A stretch of 64,000 nt of DNA from Cycas panzhihuaensis. Taxonomy: Eukaryota > Plantae > Cycadophyta. A model generated the notes under the pieces. It saw nothing but the letters and a program-made list of their open reading frames with translations. It did not search any database and was not told the origin of the DNA. Shown in pieces: positions 54,336-64,000 of the stretch. Position numbers and translations under genes: made by a program. The DNA lies in the NCBI GenBank assembly GCA_023213395.1, contig CM041465.1:236661741-236725740 (forward strand). The letters run 5' to 3'. Within the stretch, counting starts at the first letter, position 1. Every line of letters begins with the position of its first letter.

Positions 54336-56053
54336 TGTGGTATTATAGCTTGCTTCCTTCATATTCCTCACTTGTACTTGTAATGGAGCCATCACTTCCT
54401 TCTCCTCCATAATCCATATGGTGAAGGAGATTGTGAAAATGGATTTATAAACATTTTCAAGTTATTATCATAACATATTTTGTGCAGTTTGCTTTCCTTT
54501 CTCTTTTACAAATTTAGAAGCATAATACAAGGAGTTGTAAGGCCCAAGGATTCCAATCCTTTGGTGGCCATTCACGCTATCTTATTCTTTTTTTCTTTCC
54601 TCTTTTTTTGTCCATTTAATAAGGGGAAATGTTGCTAAAATTTTTCTAGCTTTTAGAAGAATGATTGCAAGGGGAGTTTCTACCCTTTCTTTTAAAGACT
54701 TTTAATCCATTTAAATTATCGATCATCATATGCTATCACCTTTCCCATATTAGGATCTTGGTGATCAAAAAATGATGGAAATTTCATATGGTATCATGTA
54801 TTAATGAGATATTAACAAGCTAGAATTTTTGTAGAAATAAAATTTACTTACTAAACTTAATAGGTCTGCAAAATCTTCTATAGAGCTCCAATTAGTGTGA
54901 TTCTAATTATTAAGGATGAAGTTTTGAGTCTACTTTCTATCATAAAAACTGACACCTAATTTTGATGTCGTATGAGGAAGTTATTGCTATTTTAGTGAAC
55001 AACAATTATTTTTAGTAATAATTCTAGGAAAATATAATCTTATAACTTTGTGGAGCTGCTAAAAACTTTCCAGAACTTATTTGGACTTAATTCCACTTCC
55101 TAAAGATGAATCTATAAGCCTAGTTTATAGCACAAAACTGGCACTCCATTTTGTCATTGTGGGAGAAAATTATTGATGATTTAGTTAAGACCCTTTTTTT
55201 TTTGAATTAAGGAAAAAAAAGTGAAAAAAATTTCTTCCTTCTTTTTATAAGGCTTAAAAGCCTATTATAAAAGTGAGAAAAAACATCTAGATCAGAGAAA
55301 TATATAGTGTCCTCACTCACTTATTAACATTATATTTCAACACTCCAAAATCAATTAAAGCAAGCACTCTAAAGACACTCCAAGCAAGCATTATATTTTC
55401 AGTTAAATGTATGTTTAATGCAATTCAATAATCTTTTCACTCTTCCTAAAAGGAACGTATCATGTACACTATTTTTTGCCATATTATACTTGTTCACACA
55501 CTCACCAAGGTCGAGACACCTTGGTTGGAAAAATATCATGTCATAAAGAAGGTATGGGTTTCAAGTTAGGACTAGACTAAACCAGAATATTGGTGAGGTT
55601 TAGTTAAATATACCATCATGCGTCAATCAGAGATCATCCTAATAACTAACCAAGAAAACTGAAACTTTAATACAAGATTAAAATATACCCAATCCAATAT
55701 CTGTCATAGCTATGGGTATGCACATATGACTCTTTAGATGAGGTATATAACTACTCATTGGTGAACTGGGTGAGGATTGAGAGTACTTGGGCTCCATTGT
55801 GACTTGGATTTCATCACCAAGCACAATTGCAGGTATCATAGATGAAGGACCACTTAATTCTAATAGAAGCCTAGGCATCCCTTCAATAACCTTAACTATA
55901 TATTGGACATAATTTATAGGTTATTGGGGTGATTACACATCCTACATTTAAGTTTCAAGTTGTGTACACCCAATGATATAAGCTTCTACATTGGCCTACA
56001 ATCTTGTATATTTATCACTTATTTATAAAAAGTGATCCATAATGTAATCATAA

Positions 56054-56182
56054 TCATAGTGCTTCTTATATTCCTACTATGTTAGGTTAATATTTTCCAC
56101 AAGTATTAGTGGTCAATTTTTATCATAGTGCTTCTCATATTCTTGCTATGTCAGGTTAATATTTGTCATAAGTATTGGTGAC
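56054..56182. repeat. ~70-bp tandem duplication in the copia E leader
   Basis: tcatagtgcttct.atatt..t.ctatgt.aggttaatattt occurs twice (56054 and 56123). Confidence 0.8.
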
Positions 56183-56344
56183 TTTTCTCTAAGTTGCTCC
56201 CTTCATCTTTGAGCAACCATTCTTACTTCTTCTTCCTTCTACTACACTACTGCATTGCATCTCCTATGTGTAAATAGTAATTGGTCATTTATTGCTATCA
56301 CCTTTATAGTCCCTTGTTCATTTCTTCCCTTCTCAAAAGGCACC

Positions 56345-59300
56345 ATGTCTTCACAGTTTAATCAAAATGTGAATTACATTATGAAAATGAAAGAAAATTA
56401 GGGCATGTAGTTCACTGGTGTCAGAAATATTGCAAAGTATGAAGGTCTGTGCAGAGATCACTTATAACCTATACCATCTGTTGCAACTACAACTACCTCA
56501 GCTACTTTTGGAGGAGGTTCTATAATTGCTCCTACTGAAGTTGTAGTTAAACGCTAATGGGAACTTGATGATGATAAAATCCATGCAAGGATACTACTTT
56601 TCACTGATTATTCCTTGCATAATCTCATTGATAAAGTTGTACATGATATAACATGGAAATTTCTTAAAGTTCTTAAAGAGAACTTTGACACTAAATCAGA
56701 CTTAGAATTTGCTCACTTAGTGCTGAAGATGAATAAATTGAAAATGTAAAAAGGACATACAAGTGATACAATTAATCTCCTTCATCCAATCAAGCAATCC
56801 ATTGATAAATATTTTAAAACTTAATGCATTACATGGCCTTTCTCGATTCATCCATGTCTCCATATCCCAAATTACGAAAATCTACTAGGAAGTCTTCAAT
56901 CTAATGGCACTTTGAAGACCCTAAACTTTGAGGCTCTTGTTAATAAGTTCATTGAATTTGATAAGACCTTTGATACCAACTTTGCCACTATATCAAATCA
57001 AGTTGATGCTACTTTCAAAGTGGAAGAAGATATTTGTTATATCAAAAATTAAGGTTAATACTCTCACAGAGGTAGTAATTCTCATGGAAGAGGAAGAGGT
57101 AGACAACAAGGACAATGTCCTGTTGGTCAATAGGCTCCTCAACTCTAACAGAAACAATCTTAAGGCCAAGGCCAAAATAATTAACCTAGACCTAAATCTA
57201 GTAATCAGAGACAATCCAACTAGCACAATAATTCTTATGGGACTAGAAATTAAATAATTGTGTTCCAAAGGTGTAATAGAAAAGGATATTATGCCAAAAT
57301 TTATAGAACTACCATCAACAAACTACCAAGTTATCAATAACACCATAGTATATATAATGTTGATAATACTTCTTTTGAAGATACTTTTGGTGGAATGCAA
57401 TTTTCTCATGCACACCTTCAAAGAATTAGGACCACTTCATCAAATGTTATTAATAGATCTACTAAGTATATTGAGTCTCACTGTGGCTATGCTTATTCAC
57501 CTTTATCTTCACCACTTGGAGTTGCAAATAGTGCCATCTCAAATACTTCATCATGGATCATGGATACTGGAGTAACATAACACATGACTTGTCATTGCCA
57601 GTTCTTTTAGGATTCTGACTCTGAAGTTTATGGTTTTATACACATCGCTAACAAATCATCTCATCCAATCAAAAGACTTAGAATTATTTACCTGAAACTC
57701 CTAGGCCTTCTAGATTTTACACTTGTTGATGTTTTATATATTCCTACTCTAAAGCAGAACCTGCTCTCCCTGTCCACCTTTGTCTCTCATGGATTTGATC
57801 TAAGTATAACTAAAAATAATCAAACTCTCTATGTCATTCACCCTCCTTCAAATGTTGTGGTTATAATCAGAATTCTTGATTGCGAACTTTTCCACCTAAC
57901 TAGGTCACCATCCTCTGAAGCTGACTATGTTGATGATGACTCTGCTTTTACCACAACCCTGACTCCTCAAAAGTTATCCCAAGTGGCCCTATGGCATGCT
58001 CATATGGTCCATATCAAAATTGATCATTTAAGAGAACTACATGTCACCCTTCTTGTTATGATTAGGCTCTCCTCTAAGCCTTTCAAATGTGAAGCACGTA
58101 TCATTGCTAAATCTCAAAGATAACCCTTTCCTCATAGTCAGTAGAAATCTAGCTAACTTTTGCAGCTTGTACACTTAGATATATGTGGTCCTATGCCCAT
58201 CCCTTCTCTCAAATAGAAGTGGTACTATATTACTTTCATTAATGATTTTACCAAGAAAGTATGGGTTACTTTTCTTATAAAGAATGATGAAGCTTTTTCT
58301 ATGTTTTAAGCTTTCAAGGCCTACATAGAAAATGAATCTGGATTCAAGATCAAAATAATCAGGATTGATAATAGTGGTGAGTACACATCCAATGAGTTTG
58401 AATTGTACCTACATCATCATGTAATCAAACATCAGAGCATTTTTGTAGGTACACCCTAACAAAATGGAGTTACTAAGTGCATGAACAGGACCATCATGAA
58501 CATGGCTCGTGTTATGCTGGAATATAAGAATGTACCTATTTATTTTTGGACTGAGGCTATCTAGACTACTATGTATTGCATCAACACTATTAGTCCCTCC
58601 AAGCTTGGCCCCTCTCCACATAAAATATGGTATGGACAAACCCCCTCTATCCCCCACTTTAAAATTTTTAGCTCTACTTGTTATACTCACATTTTGGAGG
58701 AACATAGAAACAAGCTCCAAGATAGATCCATCAAAGGCATCTTTGTCGGATACCTTATGGACAAAAAGGGGTACAAAGTTTTCATAACTTCATAGCATAA
58801 AATCATCATCACTAAAGATGCTGTCTTTACGAAGACTGAAGATCAATTACTCAGACTTGACTTTAATATGCCTTTATACCGATTTAATGATGCTATTGAA
58901 TTTGATATCCAGATTCTAAAATTTAAGGGGGGAGATGCTCAACAGTTACTCAAAATATTGGAATCTGATAATAGAGCCTCAAAGGATACAAGCTATGACT
59001 CCCAGCTAACATGTATACATTTAGCACCATCATTTATGAATAGCCAAGTTAATAAAGGCAAAGCCATAGCAGAAGGATCATCTTCTCCAACAACTATGGC
59101 TAGCCTATCTTCTCCAATATCATCAACTTCCTCCATGCCAAACATTTCACATGATCCTTTTTAGGATCAAAATAAAGACCAAGAGGTTATGGAAATGAAA
59201 ACCTCATTCCTAACTTGAGGCTTTTGTGAATCCTACTAGCTACACAAGGATATGTAACTAGATGAGGTATGTAAACTAGCACTAGAAATGCCTGTAGAGC

Positions 59301-60905
59301 AAGGATGCATGAATCAATTTCCATTGAGCTTGAACTAGCAAAACTATACCTTGCTCTTAATGAAGATTCCCTAGCGTACTAAGAAGTTGTAAAGCATATA
59401 TCTTACAGAAATGCCATGAATGAATAGTACCAATCTCTTATCAAGAATAATATATGGGAGCTTGTTGATCTACCACTTAGAAGAAAGATAGTTCAAAAGA
59501 AATAGGTGTCCAAAAACAAGTATAGATCATATGGCACCCTAGAAAAACACAAGGCAAGGTTGGTAGGAAAAGGATTCACACAAAGGGAAGGCATCGACTA
59601 CACTAAAATCTTTGCTCCTACAACCAAGTGGCCTACAATCAAAACTCTTATAGCCTTGGCTACTCATCAGGGTAAGAAAATCCACCAACTCGATGTTAAG
59701 ACTGCATTTCTTAATTAGGACCTTAAAGAAGAAATTTACATGGCTCAGCTAAAAGGATATGACATTGTCAATCAGGAGCATAAGGTTTGAAAGCTTAGGA
59801 AGTCCTTGTATGGCTTAAAGCAAGCCCCTCATGCTTGGTTTACCAAGTTGTCTGAAAGAATGAGGCAATTTGGATATGAGGTTTGTGACTATCAAGATAT
59901 TGATGTAATATTATTTATCAAGCACCAAAATGATAAAGTCACTTACCTCTTAATCTTTGTGGATGATATGCTAATAATGGGGAATAGTAAATAGGTAATC
60001 AGCTAGCTGAAAAAGAACCTTGCTAAAATTTTTGAATTGTTTGACCTCGTGTTGATGAAATATTACTTAGGAATTGAAGTAACTTAAAAGAATGGCAAAA
60101 TCTCTCTCCCAAGAAAAATATATCAATGATCTTCTGATAAAGTTTTAGTTGGAAGGTGCTCAATCGATGGATACACCTATGGAGCCTAATACTAAATTCT
60201 TAATTGATGGTGATACTAGGGAGCCAAATAAAACACTCTAAAGGCAATTTGTAGGTAATCTCATTTATACTACTAATACAAGGCTAGATATTGTACACTC
60301 TATCAATATTCTTATAAGATTCATGATAAATCTTAAGTAGAGTCATTGACAAGCTGTAATATAAGTGTTGAGGTACCTGAAGATGACCAGTAAATATGGC
60401 CTATTATATAAACTCAATGTAGAATTTAAACTTTATGTATATATAAACTTAGACTTTGCCAGAGATAATGACATAGGAAGATCTACGTTTAGGTATATAA
60501 CATTTCTTGGAACAATGCCAATATTATGGAGATCTAGATGGCAAAAGATAATTGTAGACTCAACCACTAAAGTTGAGTATATTACTACTTCTAAGACAAG
60601 TAAGGAGGTGATATGGCTTAGAAAATTATTGAATACATTAAATGCCATCCAAACAAGTTCTACTCGCTTACATGTAGATAATCAATCTATAATCCAAATG
60701 GCTAAAAATCCTATATTTCATGATTGTACTAAATATATAAGTATGCAAGTCCATAAGATTAGAGTACTAGTTCATGATGGCACAATTCAATTAAAGTACT
60801 GGCCCAGAGCAAATCAAGTGGTTGATATCTTCACCAAACCATTAAAGAGGGTGAAGTTTGAATAGTTCAGAAAGCAACTCAACCTTAGGGCCTCTATCTT
60901 TGACT
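56345..60905 (+). pseudogene. copia E gag-pol (disrupted)
   Basis: WIMDTGVT*HM (PR), LWHAHMVH, LVHLDICGPM (INT), KHKARLVGKGFTQREGIDY, QLDVKTAFLN, YGLKQAPHAW, LIFVDDML (RT), EVIWLRKLL, VDIFTKPL (RH). Confidence 0.95.
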
Positions 60906-60951
60906 GATTAAAGGAGATTACAATTGGATCATCATACTATATCTCATTTGT

Positions 60952-61040
60952 AAAACCCCTCGTAGGTGCAGAAGGATAGGAGTAAGTCTCTGCTATATCC
61001 CATTCTTGAAAACCCCTTGTGGGTGCGAAAGGATAAGGGT
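60952..61040. repeat. ~57-bp-period direct repeat in the copia E 3' UTR
   Basis: aaaacccct.gt.ggtgc..aaggata.g occurs twice. Confidence 0.7.
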
Positions 61041-61339
61041 TGTATCATTTTAGAAAATCGAAACCTATGAAAATTTGAAAGTGCATGGGGGATGACCAAA
61101 TGGTATATGGAGACTCAGTAGATTTTAGCTACAAAATTCATTGTACTGATTGGCTATCTGGCTTCATTTAAAGAGCTACTTGAGCCAGGTTAGTAGATTA
61201 GAAAATCCATGGGTTTTCTTTCCCATGAGGATTTCCAACAAAAGTGTCATAGTAGTTTACTTTGTAAGAGGCTCAAATAAAAACCTCATAGGATAGAATA
61301 AAATAATATGAAATGACCTTCTACCACTAAGGGGGAGAT

Positions 61340-61637
61340 TGAAAAGGGCTAATGTCACAAGGTCATTACATTAGTTGATTATTTCTAAAAAGGGTCTTAA
61401 GTGAACTTTAAATTAGATCACTTAAGTGAGATGCACTTTCATGTACATTAGGTGTAATTTTATTTCACCTAAATCTAATGCTCCCTCTCTCAATATAAAA
61501 GTAAAAGCTCAAGGGAGGAGGCTCATTCTTACCTCTCCATTTTATGAGAGCTACTTTCTTTCTCTCAAGTCTCTCTTACTCCCATATTTGCCTTTATGTT
61601 TAGTGTATGGAAATGAAGGATAGATCCACTCTTTTCA
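61340..61637 (+). repeat. 3' LTR of copia E
   Basis: Preceded by PPT; TG...CA termini. Confidence 0.93.
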
Positions 61638-62171
61638 CTTTCTCCTTATTGTGATAGCCTTTGAGATTGTCTCTTTATCCTCACTCACTTTACCTTTGGG
61701 GTTTGACCCCTATTTCACTCTTATAGCCTCTGTTTTGCTTCCTCTTGGTGCATTTATGATGACCCATTCAACCTTTTAGAGGCCTATTCTATCTCATTTT
61801 TTATGCCATTTTGAAAAGTTCCCATGTTTATACTCCTTTGGCTTGTTTCAACACCCTAGATCCATTTTCGCCATATGTTTGAGCCTTTGAGGCTCCCATG
61901 GGAAGTGCCTCCTCCCTTCCTAGCCTCCGTTGGCCCTTTTGCGACCCTTGGGGGCCCCAAAAGGGCTTAGTCACTATCCTTTCCTTGCCCTTTCACTAGG
62001 TAGTCCTCCCTTAAGCCTAGTAGCTTGCCTTTAGGGCTCTCTTATCCTCTTATAATCCATATTTATAGGTTTTTGAGCTATTATAGCCCTGTCACTACCC
62101 CTTACTTTTACATTTTGGCTTTACTGTCACCATCCCTGCTGTCGCTCAACTTAAACTCTATTCCTTTTACC

Positions 62172-62594
62172 ATGGTATTGCTCATCTTCACTAATGGAGG
62201 AAGTCGTGGCAATCTTAAACCTTTTGTGGCTATGCAAATCCTCTATGATCCCTCCAGATATGACTATATGTATTTCAGAAACTTTCTACCTAAGGTTATG
62301 AATAATGAAGCTAAATACATAGTTGTTATTGAAGCCCTTATCAATGCACTTTGCTTTCATCATAGCCCTGTCATCCTCTATTATGACTCTAAGATCATCA
62401 TGGTGTAACTAACCCAGGTTTACCAAATATGTTTCTTACGATTGAGAGCCCTTGCCTCGACTGTCATGTCCCTTTTATCTTACTTCTCTTCCATGAATGT
62501 TTAGCACATTCCCTAAGACCTAAACGTTGAGGCAGATGGCCTTGTTTGTCGTATCCTTAAACATTATCTTCTTCTCCTAGATGATCCTTCCTAG
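62172..62594 (+). pseudogene. Stand-alone archaeal-type RNase HI ORF of element C
   Basis: MVLLIFTNGGSRGNLKP..MNNEAKY..IEAL..ILYYDSKII..HIP*DLNVEADGL shows the four RNase HI motifs (DGxSRGNPG, NNEAEY, DS, HxPRxxNxxADxL). Confidence 0.88.
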
Positions 62595-63089
62595 GTAGCC
62601 TAGCAGGTTGCCTAATCACCTAGGCTCTAGGATCATCCTTTCTTCTATTGTGATCCCTTCGCACCTCTGAAAGTAGTCCACTAATGAGGTTAAACTATGG
62701 TGACTACCAAGTTTGTTTCTTCACTCTATCCTTCATACCATCTATGGCAAAAGGCCCTTATACTTTAATTCTCTACATGCATATATCTTTTTATCGCATT
62801 CATTTATCGATTGTGCTCATCACCTTGCACATCACTTATTCTACATAGGTGCGATGAGGGAAACCCCCTTATCCCCTCATTCTTTCATAGTAGATTCTTA
62901 GGCAATACATAAGTAGCTCCTATGTTATCCTTTCTCCTTCCTTGTCCATGCAATATTCCATGATATCTACCATCCACCTTGGATGATGACATCTTTTGCA
63001 TTAGTAAACGATATTAATCTTTTTGTGTTGATAACATTTGCCATTACCAGATGCTTCTGAGTGATAAGGTTCTGCTGCCAAGAGGGCAG

Positions 63090-64000
63090 TGTTTCTCAAA
63101 TACTAGGAATGAACATGGATGGTGCCTCTTAGGTATACGCATGTATATATCTCTATCCTTGCTCCTTGTTTACTTTAGGATGTAATGAGATGTTTAGTAG
63201 ATGCATTTTCTATAACATCGTTACATGCATGGTTGAGATGCTTCATTTACTTGCCCTTTCTTGTGCTTATGACTATGATCTAGCCTATGATGACTTAGGA
63301 CCAATGTCCTATGGCACTACATAGCCCCTCATAACACCTCCTCAGCACTCTTAGGTAATCATAGGCCCCCATAGCCTACTTTGTTCACTATTGGCACTAT
63401 ACATAATCCTTAACACCTCATTTTAGGCCTAATCATCCTTGCATATGACATTTATCCCTAATTGGGACCTTTATCACTATACTTTTCATATTTAGAGATG
63501 TCCCACTAATTCCTAAAGGTCTTCTAAATTCCTTACTAGTCCAGAACACTACTTTCTCATGCCTTAGGACCCTTCTTTTGAGGGTTCCCTAGGCCTCCCT
63601 TTTATTTCCCTATGTTTTATTTACACTGTGGTGATATTTGCAGGACCACAACAAACTTTGTAGTACTACAAAGTTTGCCACTCAGTGACTATCCATCAGC
63701 TTCTGTGGCCTAACAATATCTAGTTTCACATCAATTATGGAACTGACATGTGGTAGGACACAGTTTTCCACCCAGAGTGAACCCTAATCACTTGATAAAT
63801 CTAATTTGGGCATAAAAACCTAATTCTGAATGTATTCTACCTCTCTTAGCTTACTTATGAAAGGAAAAATACCTCCCACCTATATTTTCTAGTCTCTCCT
63901 TCTATCCTTCTCTTCTCTTAGGCTAAAACCCTAGAACACAGGTCTATACCAGCTCTTCTCTAGTAGGTCTTCCTTCCAAGGTGCTTACTCCAGTAACTGC
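63090..64000 (+). repeat. 3' LTR of element C (partial)
   Basis: TG start after the PPT; colinear with 40401-41310. Confidence 0.92.

Larger units (their letters stand above)
54039..61637 (+). mobile_element. Ty1/copia LTR retrotransposon (copia E) nested in element C
   Basis: LTRs 54039-54335 and 61340-61637 (TGAAAAG...CTTTTCA), PBS tggtattatagc at 54338, PPT aagggggagat at 61329-61339, TSD atttc/ctttc (4 of 5). Confidence 0.95.
40401..64000 (+). mobile_element. Large Tat-like (non-chromovirus) Ty3/gypsy retrotransposon (element C), 3' LTR running off the window
   Basis: 5' LTR 40401-43597, PBS-like tggtgaccatgctgg at 43599, gag-PR-RT-RH-INT, accessory region, PPT ccaagagggcag, and a 3' LTR from 63090 colinear with 40401-41310. 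Confidence 0.93.

Noticed and set aside
62663-62700. Hammerhead-ribozyme-like words (GAAA..GTC..CTAATGA, possibly decayed CTGATGA)
   Set aside because: There is no room for stems I and III, and the GAAA/GTC words are absent in the homologous copy at ~31950-31990.

Overview
This is a gene-poor, AT-rich plant heterochromatin-like window made almost entirely of nested retrotransposons; a large seed-plant genome, possibly a gymnosperm, is inferred but cannot be proven from sequence. Stack 1: an old minus-strand LTR element (7030-25556) carries a Ty1/copia (7349-22647, TSD CTTAA) inside one LTR. That copia has received a 5'-truncated L1 LINE (7491-8675), a 2.6-kb solo LTR (11598-14168, TSD ATATG) and a full-length, younger, RNase H-bearing L1 LINE (15600-21925, 16-bp TSD). 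Middle region: a minus-strand Tat-like 3' remnant with an inserted 3.2-kb solo LTR (28432-31629), a chromovirus-like gag-protease remnant and a small PPR pseudogene fragment. Stack 2: a large Tat-like Ty3/gypsy (40401 to beyond the window end, 3.2-kb LTR) with gag-PR-RT-RH-INT. It is followed by a divergent accessory cassette: an antisense, apparently spliced plant-mobile-domain (PMD) gene and a stand-alone archaeal-type RNase H ORF, split by a second copia (54039-61637). The stand-alone RNase H recurs in the second Tat-like remnant. The LINE has a candidate 59-bp intron that would fuse an upstream ORF in frame to ORF1. No intact host gene, rRNA, tRNA or CRISPR array was found. All alignments and divergence figures were made by eye.
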